A model generated the notes under the pieces. It did not search any database and had not been told where the DNA came from. It worked only from the letters and a program-made list of their open reading frames with translations. The translations under genes were made by a program, and so were the position numbers. A stretch of DNA of 64,000 bases, from assembly GCA_028534125.1 (NCBI GenBank), contig CM052817.1:94738001-94802000 (forward strand), read 5' to 3'. Positions 1 to 13,537 of this stretch are shown here, in pieces (the first letter of the stretch is position 1; each line of letters starts with the position of its first letter). This DNA comes from Lama glama (Eukaryota).

Positions 1-759
1 ACGCCCTGGATAACTTACAGGAGAAGCAGCCCTCCTCTGCGGGACAGAAGGAAGAACAAAACCGGTGGCCTTTCATTCAAGCTGGGAGACAAAATTCACC
101 CAAATTTCACAAAACAGTCTTTGGACAGAAACCAAAATGAAAAATTCTTTTCATAGTTGGCTCAATGGAATGCCGCCTAAAATGACCGAGTTTGCTCTCC
201 GTATTGTCTGTGCGCCCACGGTGAACCAGGACAATAACATGCTGGATGTTATGATTTATTTTGTATTGTAACCCCAAGCAACCTGACCTCTGGTGTATGA
301 CAGAAGATAATATGACTTCTTTGAAGCAAAGAAGAAAAAAAAAAAAAGGGGCCAGGGAATAAGTACTGGTGGCATTAAAACAAAGAGCAAATAACTTGTA
401 GCCGTAAGGGTTTCCAAGGATTGCAGCCCAGGAAAGCTGAACTCTGCTTGGAATGTGATAAGGTGGCCAGGCCTGTTGTGAAATACTTCTTTGGTAGGAG
501 CTCTGAGCTGACAGGCCATATAAAGAAGTGTTGCAGATTAGAAGCTTATTTCTTGTCAACATATCAGGGGTGGTCCTTTTGCAGCCTAGCAATCTGAGCG
601 ACACGGAGCCTTGACCCGAGAAGAAGCAGAAAAGGCTGTCTTCTAAATAGGAGGAATGAGCTTAGAGAACCTAGCTGGTATTTAACTTCATTTACCGCAG
701 CCTCCTAGATTTGATGCGCAGGGGACTTGGAGTGAGGTGAGGAAGCCAATAGGAGGAGC

Positions 760-930
760 TTGAGCCTTGAAGTCAGACCCAAATTTGACCTCTTTCTTCA
801 TCCTGGGTAAATCTCCTAGCCTCCCTGAGTTTCAGCGTCCTGTCTGTTGAATGGGCATAATAATAATGATAATACACACCTCTCAGTGCTGTTTGAAGCG
901 TTGAATGAGGGAATCTGTACCTCTCAGCAC
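760..930 (+). mobile_element. MIR SINE fragment
   Basis: Degenerate MIR core: ctgggtaaatctcctagcctccctgagtttcag...aatgggcataataataat...cacctctcagtgctgtttgaag. Confidence 0.7.
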
Positions 931-1469
931 TGTTGGATTAAACAGAGTAGCAGAGAGGCAGGTTCACACAGTGGATCTTAAAGTAAGAACATTTTATTCC
1001 CTTAAATTAAGAATAGGGGGATTTATTCATTATCTGAGAATAAGAACAGTGCAGAATCAGTGGACGCTACAACTTCTTATTGTACTTATGATATAGAGCA
1101 GTTTTATCTTACCTAGGCACCCCTCTTTTACAATCTCTGGCTGAAGTACTGACAACTGGATAGTGTATTTTAAAGTCTTCCTCTTTATTCTACATCATTG
1201 TCTGATGTGGGAGGTGGCCTTGTTAATTATTTTTTTTATTCCAGCCAACAAGTATTTCGCTAAGCAAGTCACAGTGACTCCACCTTAATTTCCACTTACG
1301 CTATACACCCTGAATTAGTGCGTTCTGGTCAGAGCATGACATAAAAGTAACATAAAGAGGAATTTTTAAAAATGAAAAAAAAAAAGAATTAAAATTAAGC
1401 ACACTAGTTACAACTATAATATGCACCTACAATTTAAGGGATCATTTCCTAATAGTAAAAGTAGTCATG

Positions 1470-1850
1470 CCAGAAAGAGAAAGAAAAATATCATATGACA
1501 TCACTTATATGTGGAATCTTTAAAAAAATGACATAAATAAATGTATTTACAAAACAGAAACAGACTCACAGACATAGAAAATAAACTTACAGTTTCCAGA
1601 GGGGAGAGTGGGGGGAGGGATAGAGTGGGAATTCCAGATCTGCAGATACACACTACTGCATATAAAACAGATAAACAACAAGGTCCTACTGTACAGCACA
1701 GGGAACTATATTCAATATCTTATAATAACCTATAAGGAAAAACAATATGAAAAGGAATATATATATATATTTATAACTGAATCACTATGCTGTACCCCAG
1801 AGACTAACATAACATCGTAAATCGACTATACTTCAATAGAAAATTAAAAA
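1470..1850 (+). mobile_element. 5'-truncated L1, 3'UTR only (cetartiodactyl-type)
   Basis: tcacttatatgtggaatct...acagactcacagacatagaaa...agcacagggaactatattcaatatct...gactatacttcaat plus A-rich tail; TSD agtagtcatg at 1460-1469 and 1853-1862. Confidence 0.93.
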
Positions 1851-2059
1851 GGAGTAGTCATGTAGACATAAGTTACGTCTAAACAAGAAGTGGCAGAGAC
1901 TACCTCTCTAAATTAATGTGGTGACACTGACACAAGCAAGTTCTACAGATTGTGTCCGGGCCAAGGGGAGCTGCCTACAGCTTGTCCAGGAGTGACCAGT
2001 GGTGACCCAAGCAAAGAAAGCAAAGAATTTTAACACTGATATCAGACGCTTCGTGATCT

Positions 2060-2190
2060 AACCCTGACATTTGACAGAAGAAACTGAGGCTCTGTGGAAG
2101 GTTTGTGACCCACACAGTTACTAAGCACCTGAGTCACAACACAAACTCAGGTCTCATCTCAAAGCCCCGGGCTCTTTCCGATGTGCTGTT
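2060..2190 (-). mobile_element. MIR fragment
   Basis: acagaagaaactgaggc is the reverse complement of the MIR core gcctcagttt..ctgt. Confidence 0.55.
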
Positions 2191-3518
2191 CCAGATCTCC
2201 CCAGACTCTCCGGCTATCATTACAAACTGTAAGCAACCTAAACATTTCCTAAAGTTTTGAAAAAGTCACATATTACTGCGCTGTACGACATGGCTTTCAC
2301 AAAGATGTTGGGTGACACTGGAAAAAAATGCTTTTTTGCAGAAGTGAAGGGAGTGGTTGGTTATTGTGGAATACCCATCCCAATTTGCAATCCCAGGAGT
2401 ATAAATAAGTACACAGAAATAGCCACTCTCTTGCGTGCTCATCCAGCCTTCTTGAGGTTTCCATCATCACCAGCCATAAATATCACTTAGCTCTTCTACT
2501 CATTTGTGGCCTGGTAATACACTTCACCAGGAATTAGGAATTTCTCATTTCTAAAGCTGGCTCAGCCACCCACTTACTGTGCGGCCTTGGACAAGTCACT
2601 TAAGACTTTCTCAGTCTTAATCACAGAGTAAGACTCTTCACTTGCATTATGAAGATGACCTTATTTGCATTTACTAAGGATTCCCATTTTCAGAGCTGAT
2701 TAAAAAAAAAAAAGTGGCACTATCCTGTCACATATCGAAAGACCAGCTCCGTGGTTGTATCATTCAAAGAGCAGCAAGATTGGAATGCAGAAAAACAGGG
2801 GGATAAACTTTTCAGCACATTACAGCTGAAAAAGAAGCTTAGTAATTGCTCATTCTTCCAAATTATGCTGTTAAAAGCAAAGCTCTAATGAGGACTAAAT
2901 GTCCATAGAAATTTACCACTTCTCCATTAAAACAGCTCTGGCATGAATCTGCTTTCGGAAGTCCCAGAGACGTAGCCTTCATGCTTAGGCGAGGTTAGGA
3001 ATGATTTCTTTGTGATCTCATAATCTCTTGATTGCTCTGATGTTTCACTTATCACATCGTATTATAAATATTTATTCATATATCTGTGGCCCCCGGTAGA
3101 CTTTAGTTCTCATAGGCAAGAACCTTGTCTTACTCCTCTTTCTATACCCACAGCCTGGCCCATGATAGCCATTAAATACATGACTTCCTGAGCCACACCA
3201 TCATGGGACAGTTGATTACATATGGGAGAAGCTGTCCAATTATATTCTCTTAGCCAGAGGAGAAATAAAGTGATGTTTTCCCAGTAGAGCTTCATCTTCT
3301 TAATTTATAAAAAGATACTAATAAGGATTTAAACTTTTATGAAAACTATTTCAATGTCTTCTAACTATCTTATCTTAGATCCTTGAGACAGTGGTCTCAA
3401 TATGGCTAGATTCTGTTGATTCTGGCTAAAACACACTCATACACACTTGGGTATTCACACATACACTTAGACCCACACCCATCCACTCATACTTATAGAC
3501 ACACTCATATACTCATCA

Positions 3519-4028
3519 TGTAGTAGGGAAGAAGAAATCTGACTCCATTAAAGATCTGCTCCTTTAGCTCTAGTCCTGGGCGCCGTTTCCTGTGCTGAGC
3601 CATGCTGGTTCTGCACCTTTCCTAAAAGAATGTTGCCTAGAGCCTGAAATACACAGGAGAGCCCATTCTCAAGGCTCTGACCTTTAAGGGTATAACACTT
3701 TTCCTGTTCATATAGAGATAAAAAGTTGCAAAACTGAGAATAACATTTGTCTTGGAGGTTTACAGGAACATTGGACCTGACCTACGTGGACAGCTGCAAG
3801 AACAAAGGATCCTGACACCAAGAAGTTTGCAACAACCAACCATACCCCCTCCCCTTTTAGTATAAAAGGAGCCTGAATTCTGCCTTGGTAACATGGTTCT
3901 CTAGGACACTGATTCCCCCAGCTTCTCAGTCTGCTGGCTTCCCATATAAAGTCACTATTCCTTGTGCCAACACCTCTTCTCTCTATAGCCTGTTGTGCAG
4001 GGAGCAGTATGAGCTTGGACTCCGTAAC
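3519..4028 (+). mobile_element. Solo ERV LTR (ERV1-like)
   Basis: Starts TGTAGTAGG and ends GGACTCCGTAAC; TATA-like tataaaagg at 3861; polyA-like atataaa near 3944; flanking catca at 3514-3518 and 4029-4033 (TSD). Confidence 0.85.
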
Positions 4029-4819
4029 CATCATATATTCTCTCTTTCTCTCTCATATACACATGCACACACATACACACACAAACCAGAAGATATGCAA
4101 AAAGAATAAGATTTTGAGAACTCTCATAGGGCCACAGGTGTGTGCTAATCACAGAAAGACAAATAATTTGCCCTCCTCAATAAGAACTCAAGGCTTTAGT
4201 CCAGGAAACACGCTTCCTACAAAATAGTGAGTGACAAGTTAACATACCTGTACAAGAGGTCAGCCGGCACACAGGAAATCCTGACCGCTGGGAGAAGTTA
4301 TCACTGTAGACTGTGGGAAGGTCAAAAGGCCCTTTTTTCTTCTTGGAAATATGCCATTTCTCCTATGCTGTATCTTCTGGGTGTGTTTGAACTGCTTGCT
4401 ATAGAAATTTGGTTATCGATAACCTAAGGACCCTGAAGAATGCCAACATTTATTCACAACTGTTTATTATAAATAGTTATCTTTGGTTGACAGATAAATC
4501 CAAGATAATGTGGTGAATTTACCTTTTCCTAAAAAAAAGAGAATCGAAATGTAGTGAAAACAAAAGTTGAAGAAATGAATACAAACTGCTTCTTTTTGTT
4601 GGATTAATACTGTATTATGTTGACAGTTTTAGTTTATCCTTTGTCATAGTCTCATGTGATAATGAAAGATACCACTTGTTTGTTACTGATATTTTGCTCT
4701 CAATTCTTTCCACTATCAAAACAGAGAAGAAAATTCTATCTTCAATCAGTTATTCCTAAAGTAAATGATATGAATCAGTGATGCTATGGTGCGGTGCCAA
4801 GCAGCCAGTGCGAAGTGGA

Positions 4820-4950
4820 ACAGGAGGCTGGGGGCTCTGGGGTCTGTCTCCTAGGTCAGCATACAGCAGAGTCATTCATTAGCTATGTAACCTTGGGCAA
4901 GTTACTAAACCTCTCTGGGCCTCATTTTTGCCTTTGCCAGTGAAATAACC
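4820..4950 (+). mobile_element. MIR fragment
   Basis: tagctatgtaaccttgggcaagttactaaacctctctgggcctcattt matches the MIR core. Confidence 0.85.
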
Positions 4951-5465
4951 CTTTGACAAAGAACCGGCAGGCCCACCACTCACTCGGGCAGAACTGTAAG
5001 AGAGGAAACAGATTGAGGACTGTGGTCTGTCATCACCCACAGGACAGAAGCTAGTGCTCACCACTGCTGCCAGCAAGATTGAGTGGCATTAAGCATCACT
5101 GTTCCCCCTTCACCACTGCTGAAGCCTAGGATGCTACTTAAGACGTCTCCAACCCAGGAGCTCTTCCCGTGGAAGGGGTGGCTTTTCACCAAGGAGAGAA
5201 CAGAGATGCTAGGATGGAGAAACAAAGGTGATGGAGGTGGGGGGAGGGTGCCAGAATCCAAGGCCAAGTTAGAAATATTTCCTGTTGGGAATATTATCCA
5301 CAGGATCCCTTCCTTGCATGGGTCTCAATCTTTAGGAATTTGTTCTTTTTGAAATTCAAGTAAATTTGAAGTTCAAGAACCACAACTTTAATCTCTTTTC
5401 TCCTTCATTATAACCCTTAGGAAATTGCCCTGACAATTTAGGATGAAATATAACTGCATATACTT

Positions 5466-5550
5466 TTTCTATTATAGTTGATTTATAATGTTGTGTTAGT
5501 TTCTAGTGTACAGCATAGTGATTCAGTTTATATATATTTATATATATGTT

Positions 5551-5605
<55 letters not shown>

Positions 5606-6069
5606 TTTTTCATTATAGGTTATTACAAGCTGTTGAATATAGCTTTCTATGCTGTAGAGTAGGTCCTTGTTGTTTATCTATTTTGTATATGGTAGTCTGT
5701 ATCTGCTAATCCCAAACTTCTAATTTATCCCTTCCTTCCTTCTTTCTCCCCCTAGTAACCCTGTTAGTTTGTTTCCTATGTCTGTGAGTCTGTTTCTGTT
5801 TTGTGATAAGTTCATCTGCGTCATCTTTTTAGATTCCACATATAAGTGATATCATATGATATTTGTCTTTCTCTGGCTTAATTCACTTAGTATGATAATC
5901 TCTGGGTCCATCCATGTTGCTGCAAATGGCATTATTTCATTCTTTTTTGCGGCTCAGTAGTATTCCATTGTATGTATATACCACAACTTATTTATCCAGT
6001 CATCTGTCAATGGACATTTAGGTTGCTTCCATGTCTTGGCTATTGTATATAGTGCTGCTGTGAACATTG
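5466..6069 (-). mobile_element. 5'-truncated L1 3' end
   Basis: Reverse-strand L1 3'UTR (agattccacatataagtgatatc, catccatgttgctgcaaatggc); TSD aa(c/t)tgcatatactt at 5452-5465 and 6070-6083. Confidence 0.93.
5529..5605. repeat. Compound (TA)n(CA)n microsatellite inside L1 3'UTR
   Basis: Direct read of the sequence. Confidence 0.95.
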
Positions 6070-8313
6070 AATTGCATATACTTAAATAGTCTGTGTGCTA
6101 GTCTTTGGGAGACTAAACAAAGAGAATAGCAGAAAGTCTGGTTCCTCCCCATTCTTTCTGGGTACAAGCAAAGGGTGCCCTAAGCCTGCTGAGTACATGA
6201 CAATACGAAGTTGGAACTTTTGCCTTGCCAGGAGAGGTCAGGGAGCAAGCCCCAGGACTAGGGAAGCATTCTGAAGTGGACAAGCAAGAGAAACAGGAAG
6301 ACCAAATCTCCTTATAAGCCCCACACCTTAGGTAGTGTGGACCAAGAAACAGGGCAAAAAGCCCACGAATCAGATGGTGTTGGGGGGAGGGGCATGGAGC
6401 ATAAACACAAGCAAAGACATAACACTATAAACAGTGACACAAAGAGAGGCCACGACCTGAAACCATAAAGGAGTCTTCTTATGTAAACAGTACCTAAACC
6501 CAGTACCTCCTCTACCAACTATTTGAATCCAGCCAGTACCGATGGAGGAGCAGAGGTGGTGACCCAGAACATGGGGGATCAGTTGCCATGTGATCTGTTT
6601 AACGCAGAATTCAGCACATCACATAGATTTATCTTTGACTCCCAAATTTCATTATTTTTTATCTTTTCTGGAAGGATACTGCTCCTACTCTTTTAATGCA
6701 CTTAACTTTGAAACATGAAAGAATGCTTACTAACATTTCTGAACTCAGTAAGTCTCTGAATGCAATTTGATTTGCAATATAATGATCTCTAAAGTCAAGA
6801 ATAATGAGAAATTTGTAAACAGTAGAATTGATCATGATTTTTCTTCCTTCAACTAAATTCTCCATAAACCTTAAAAAAAAAAAGTCAGAAAAGTCCTTAG
6901 CCCCCTCAGATCCTGTCCAGTTTGACATCAAGTTATGAGAAGTTGACAATCAGGCCATACAAAATCACCACCGTCATCATCACCACGATAGATTCCTGTA
7001 AAAACTTCGAGTAGAAGATTCGAAACAAGTGTTCTTCATTTTAGAGGCTATAATTTTAAAGTTCTCTTCTCAATATCTGGAATTTCTTACAACTCATTAG
7101 GTATTATTTTTCCCATCCAAATAAGGAGGTTTCACAGGAATTTTTCAGTTTTCTTTCGCAGTCATGACTGAAGAAGTACAGTGCTGAAAGAGTTCCAAGA
7201 GCCCCCTGTGCAGTGCTCCTACTGACTTGGGGGCAACCTATAAGAACTGGCTCCCGTGTTCTCCATCCTGCTCTTCTCACCTGCCAAATCATGAGCCTTC
7301 TTTCCTGTTCCCATGTCTTCCTCTGAAGCGACATTTTATAGCACATTTCAGATCTTTCATCACAATTTAGTAAGCAGGACCCAGGTCCTTTTTAAGAGTA
7401 ATTTTGTTCCCTACTTGCCTAGCATAATACAATGGATTGCCAGTGCTAATTAGATTTAGTCTCTTACTCTTTTTAATTATAATGAAAAGATTACACTTAG
7501 GTGCAGAGATAGTACTCAAAATTTAAAGACATTTCTCATTGATACAAGAGATATTCATTAACTTTTGAGCATTATATTTTAAAGAGTTTTATTAAAATCT
7601 GTAAATTACTTACTTTTAACTGCTAGGTTTAGATCATATATATTTGTAGTCTCATATCCTATTTATCAAGACAGCTTTTTGCATTCGTTTCCTTTCCGAT
7701 AAAAAAATCAAAACAAAATTGGCTAAGTGATTCATCCTTATTAGAAAGTAGCTGAAGGCTTCATGTGAAATTGAAAACACAGATGTAAATAAGACACAAT
7801 TCAGTCAATAATGGAGAACTTGAATTCTCAGTTACGCCTACTGTTAGCAACAAAGTGAGAATTTGGGGTGCGGAAATAGGAGGTTTTCAAACTGAATGCA
7901 CACCCCAGTTTTCCCAGGCCTTTCCAACCTAGGAAAACCAGTGGGTCACACAGTCATCAAAGCCAAACGTCCCCTTGGCCGCAATACCGCATTTGCCTTT
8001 CTCTCCCACCGTGGCTCTTCCTGGAGCGCCTTAAAGTCCTCTGCTCCCTCTAAAGCAAACCAAACTACCACTGTTTGGCGCCTTCCTCCACTCTTTTCTT
8101 TTCCTAAGTTCACGTAACTGGGTCTAGGTGATCTCATAGCTTTCACTCAACTATGTTAAAATGCTAGCTTTTAATACGTTGACAGTGTTTCCCATTGTTT
8201 TGCAACTTCTGTCTAGCGTGGGGGTCTACAAAATCAAGCTCTTGGGCCAGATGGTCCCAGCCTTGTTTTGGGCAGGCCATAGCTACGAATTTTGTTTAGA
8301 CTTTTCAAGAGTT

Positions 8314-8376
8314 GGAGGAAGAAGGAGAAGGAGGGAAGGAAGAGGAGGAGGAGGAAGCAGAGGAGGAGGGGAAGGT
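8314..8376. repeat. GGA/GAA-rich purine low-complexity tract
   Basis: ggaggaagaaggagaaggagggaaggaagaggaggaggaggaagcagaggaggaggggaagg. Confidence 0.9.
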
Positions 8377-8611
8377 AGAAATCACTGCAGTGGCAGAGGC
8401 CACACGTGGTTCCCAAAGCCTAAAATTCTTTTTAGGAAAATTCTGCAGGCCCCTGATCTAGAAAGATGGTTGGCCTCACTTACATCATGTGATTTCTCTT
8501 TAGATCATTTAGGGCAAGGATATAAGGAAGCTGCAAAAAGAACAATCTGGCTAAATCTGACCCTGATACAAAAGAACTCTTGATTAAAGCCTTTTCCAAA
8601 TCTTTTCCCTT

Positions 8612-9090
8612 GTGTGGCAAGCACTATTGGTTGCCTCTCCAGCGAACAGCCTCTCCCAACTTTGATCAAAAATCAGGGAGCCATGTGCTTCAGGGAAGTA
8701 GGTTGGGATGAACTAGGCAATGCCATTTCATCCCCTTTGGCAGTGATTGGTTTGGGACTCGGCCCAAGTTGTAAATCTGACCAATAAACATAAGGGAAAG
8801 TCAGCTGTGGGATGCATGAAAACAGCTTACTTCCTTTTGAAAGGGAAGCCAAGGAAAGAACATGTCTTCTTGTTCCCCTGTCACTTCTGGACATTGTCAG
8901 GTGACGACATGATACCCCAATTGCTGAAGCCATTCCATAACTCACAAACTGAGGAGGGCAGGGAGAACAGGAAGATGGCCAAAAACAAACAGACTAAAAA
9001 CCCAACTCACAAGCCTCCTACCTGGAAATTTAGTATGTCAGGTAATGAAATTTCTTTACTGTGGAACCCACTTTTAGTTGTTTTTTCTTT
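8612..9090 (+). mobile_element. Old MaLR LTR (MLT1J/K-like)
   Basis: tgtggcaagcactattggttgcc start; gaggagggcagggag; cctacctgga...gtaatgaaatttctttactgt...agttgttttttct 3' motif; highly diverged. Confidence 0.5.
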
Positions 9091-10329
9091 CCCTGCCCCG
9101 CCCCCTTCAATCCAGAAGCATCCCCATATATCCTGAAAAGGCAACAGTTTTTAGGAAAACCTTCTTGGCTACCTTCATCATTACACAATAGAGGATTAAA
9201 AAAAAAAACTGAAATGCTGATCTTCTCCTAATGAAATGGGGCAATTTATTTATTAATCTACCCCTCAAACATGCCACTTTTGAATTTGGGGTAACTACAT
9301 CTCTGGGTGTAGCTTTTATGACCAACTCTTGATTCAGAAGAATTGTCATCAAGAAAGCAGATGGAATCTTTCTTAACTGTTAGTAAGTAGATGGGTTGAG
9401 GTGTGTTCTGAAGGGAAATTAGATTTTGACATCATTTAGCAAAGTTTCTAAATATTCTACTCAGTGATATATGTATCCTTTCACAGATACTTTTGAGTAA
9501 TACCATGGGCAGATCACAATAAATGCCAAATTACCGAGTGAAATTAATTTTTAAAAGTCAGAAACGGAATTCCTGAGGGCAAAACAAATCTTAAAACCCA
9601 TGAAGCTCACTTCCCTGCCCCATCGCCACTGCCTCTCACACTCCCCCTCCATGTTGACATCTTCGCCCCCCCCACCCATCCAGCATGCTGTTGGCCATGT
9701 GTGTTACCACACTTGCCAGAAGTTACAATAGTTTATTCTAAATGTCTTGGCTTTTACAGCCTAAATTGAGGCCTTTAGTGGCACTTGGAAATTATTTTTG
9801 TGGTTGACTTTTATAGATAACACATTTCCCACCCCTACCCCTTTCTGCTGGCTCCTTCAGAAATTTGGTCGAGGAAAACCACACAGAATTCTGAAATCTG
9901 TAGGCCAGGTGCCCACATCACAGTAACTAGGATCGCCATACTGGTGGCTTTTGGCAGGACATCAAAGTCTGTTCTTTCTCCCATTATCATTCCTAACAGG
10001 AAATTTGACTCCAGTGAATATATATAATATTTTCAGTAGCTTTAACTCATAACCCATTAATTACTTTTGGTTTTATTTATTGTGCTTCTGGTATTTCTCT
10101 TAAATTTAAAGCTCTCCAAGAGTCTTTTAATTTTAATATTCTACTATTATTTATGGGAAACTGTAGCAGGGATATTGGTAGTAGTGAGAAGGGAGAAACT
10201 GATGAAAGATTTTTGTCACTATGCTCTTCTGAGATCACCAAATCAACAACTCCCTTTACATCGAACGTTGCCTTGATGTCAGCCCAGGGTGCTTTCCTGC
10301 CTCTGTCTCAGCACACCAATAGGCAGGCT

Positions 10330-10640
10330 GCTTCATTCACTTGCTCACTTTCTCATTATTCCACAAATATTAATTCATCAGGTACTATGTGCCAGACATT
10401 TCCAAAGGCCCTGGGGGGATTCAGTGATGAACCAGGTGAGCTCAAGCCCTGTCATCACAGAGCTCACAGAATCACAAAGGCGAAAGGCCCCAAACTGGGA
10501 AAGAAACTAGTACAAGTTGTGGCAAGTGTCATAAAGGAAACAAATTGAGGACACAGAGGAAAATTGGCAAATTTTCCTTTGGAAATGTCGTTTTGAGAAG
10601 ACATCACTGAGGAGGTGAGTTGTGGAGGGACACAGAGCCA
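10330..10640 (-). mobile_element. L2 LINE 3' fragment
   Basis: ttcattcac...caaatatt...tactatgtgccagaca...cctgtcatcacagagctcacag resembles the reverse-strand L2 3' end. Confidence 0.7.
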
Positions 10641-11234
10641 GACATAGGAACTCTGTCATTAAGACTGTGCCTAAAAATACTGACCGGATTCTCTGGTTTT
10701 GCTGAAGTTCACGTTGATGTGTATTATCTGTAAAAGCAGATTCTGCCTTACTCCCTAGCAACTTACAGATGGAAGAGTCTTCATTCTCTTCATGGTTCCC
10801 TAGGACCATTTATCAGAACCACAGGGAGAAAGCGTTTCCTCTTGGAACTCTGGGATAAGTACAAGTGGCCTCAGACCTAAAATTCAGTGGGGTGATTTCT
10901 CTATGGGCACAGAATCTTCAAGAAATTCCAAAGTGTAAAGGATCCTTTCTGGCACTCAGGAATGTAGAAGCAAAATTCTTCCAGGGGGATACACACCTGA
11001 ATACGTTGGTCTGTCCTTCCTGCCTCTCTTCCCTACGTCTTTCACATCCTCTTCTCTGTCTACTCATGCTGTCAAAGGTCAGACTGTTTTCCTTAAAAGG
11101 ACTTTTATCACTAAAACATCAATGCAAGCTGAACTGCATAACCTTACCCTATTCTACTATCTACATCTAATTATATGGATTTAATACTTTTCACCCCCAC
11201 ACCATATACATACAAAGCATTCTTCTTGATCATC

Positions 11235-11692
11235 TGTAGCAGGTTGAATGGTGAATCCCAAAATATGTGCATGTCACAACTCTCAAAACCTGTAAATGTG
11301 GCATTATTTGGGAAAGGAGTCTTTGCAGGTGTAATTAAGGTAAGGGTGAAATCTCAAGGTGAAATCATACTAGATTAGGGTGGGCCCTAAATCCAATGTC
11401 AAGTCCCTGTAGGAGAAGAGAAGGAGAAATAGACACAGATATGTAAAGAAGCCACATGATGACAGAAGCAGAGATTAGAGTGATGCTACCACAACTGAAG
11501 GAATGCCAGGAGTCTCTGGAAGCTGGAAGAAGCAAGGAAGGAGTCTCCCGTAGCACCTTGGAAGGGATCACGGTCTCACTGACACCTTGATTCGTATTTC
11601 TGGCCTTCAGAACTGTGAGAGAATAGATTTCTGTGGGTTTAAGCTACTAAGTTTGTGGTCATTTGTTGCAGTGGCCATAGGAAACGAATACA
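11235..11692 (+). mobile_element. Complete MaLR solo LTR (MLT1B/C-like)
   Basis: TGT...ACA termini, gattagggtgggccctaaatccaatg and ggccttcagaactgtgagagaata motifs; perfect 5-bp TSD tcatc at 11230-11234 and 11693-11697. Confidence 0.93.
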
Positions 11693-13011
11693 TCATCTGA
11701 AGACTTACTGATTTTTCAAGGTTAAAAAGTTATAGTTTGCTTTTATTTTACTTCATTTACTTTAATGAAAAAAAGCAATTGACAAGAGATGATACTGCAC
11801 AAAGTATCACTGGCAAAGTCTACCATGGCTCTACGGCTGTGTTCTCAGAGCACGACTGTGTCTCAGACCTGGCAGTTCCCTGGGCTCCACTCTGTGGACG
11901 GCCGCATAAGACACTGGCAGGACAACTGAATTGGGAATCAGAAACTGAGGAGACTGTTGTCCCTGATTATAGACTCTGGGTCTTGAGTTTCTATCTTGCC
12001 TCTATGGACTTCAGGGTGGAGAGATCCTGAAATGGTAAAAATGAAATGATAAAATAATAGCTGTAAAAATGAGCTGCTGGGACTAATGCTCCATGTGAAA
12101 AAAAAAAAAGCTCATATTCTCAGAGAAGAGAAGAAAAGAAAGGAGATTTGTATGCATTGCTGTCCTGTAGACATCACTGTACCCAAATAATGAACAAGAA
12201 CCCTCACTCAAAATGGGGCTAGGTGAACTCGGCATAGCCCACAATTTCCAATGCTGCCAAGTCACTCTGATGAGTTTCCAAGAGTCACAGGTCCGCCACT
12301 GTTCCTTCTCCCTCACAGAAAATTGACGTGCAACGTACAAGTCACGCTTGGCTACCTTTGGGGGAGATTTAATATTCAGAGAGGTGATAGCCTCATTGCA
12401 AGTGCCAAATTCAGAATTAAACACCATTCCTGGCCATCAGCTCTGTAAACTGGTATTTTCTGAGAGTCTTTGGAAGACATCTGAACACCCTGGTACCACT
12501 CGGTTGTACCTTGTGGGCCAAGCCTGTGGATGTTTCAAAAGAAACCCAGGGCAGCCGAGGTGGTGGTTTTGAGGAAGGTCTCAGAGGCCCCTTGCCAAAG
12601 CGAAACCAGCTGAGTAAACTTCAGGAGGAGACCCACAGCTCAGCAAGTTAGCCCCACTAAGACATCAGCCTTGACAAGAAGGGCCCCAGTTCCATCCCAG
12701 TGGGGTAAACACAGAGCTTGTCCAATAGGGTTGATGGAAGATGCCACAACTCTCTTGTGTCTCCAGGCCCAGCACAGACAGTAGAGGGGTTAGACGAGGA
12801 GCAATAGAGAAAGAGCATGTAGGCTGAGATGGACCTTGGTTCTGAGATAAAGACTTTAACATTAGCCTAAAAGATGTTAAGAAGGAGGTAGATTCCCCTG
12901 CTGCTTCTTGCCACCTATCAAAATTAAATTATGTTTAAATGAAAATATCTTCTTTACATTCATGATTTACACGACTTGCCAGTCTAGCTGCATGACTTAA
13001 TTATGGCCACC

Positions 13012-13150
13012 TATGGTGCAGTGGAAAGAATACTGAACTTACACAGTACTGGGTTCCAGCCCTAGACATGGTCACTGGAATGAGTTGGTTAAGAGGCACA
13101 TTGATCTGCCCAAGCCACAGTTTCCTCATTTGTAAAACATGGGAACATAG
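13012..13150 (+). mobile_element. MIR fragment
   Basis: atggtgcagtggaaagaatactg...cagtttcctcatttgtaaaa. Confidence 0.75.
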
Positions 13151-13537
13151 TTAGGATGGGGGCCTCTTCATAAAAGCTTATTTGGAGAAAACTCAAATCA
13201 TCAAAAGAACAATGATTACTTAAATACATTAAAAACTTATTCAGGTTTTAACAACTTTCAAATCTTTTGCCAATAATGCAAACTCCCACAGAAATCAGTC
13301 CTATGGAGGCTTAGATATATCCCTGGGCTCTCATTCATACTAGAAATGTGTCCATTACTGTTGTAAAGTTTTGCATGCTAATAACTTAAAGTGGGACTTC
13401 CTTAATTTTCAAACTATAAAGATGCAATGAAAATAAATGAAAATGTTTCTGCAAAGCAAACAAATAAATACAAAGCGAGTCTGAAAGACTCTAAAACAGA
13501 ATTCTTACTGGGCTAACACAAAAAATTTAAGTTGTAA

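Noticed and set aside
107..604. Longest ORF in the track (165 aa, minus)
   Set aside because: No recognisable domain, non-ATG start, crosses a homopolymer run; looks like chance.
6925..7030. Minus-strand acceptor tttttacag followed by a hydrophobic peptide ESIVVMMTVVILYGLIVNFS*
   Set aside because: No supporting upstream exon or homology; insufficient evidence.
8074..8081. E2F-type TTTGGCGC motif
   Set aside because: Single 8-mer without a clear CpG-island promoter context.
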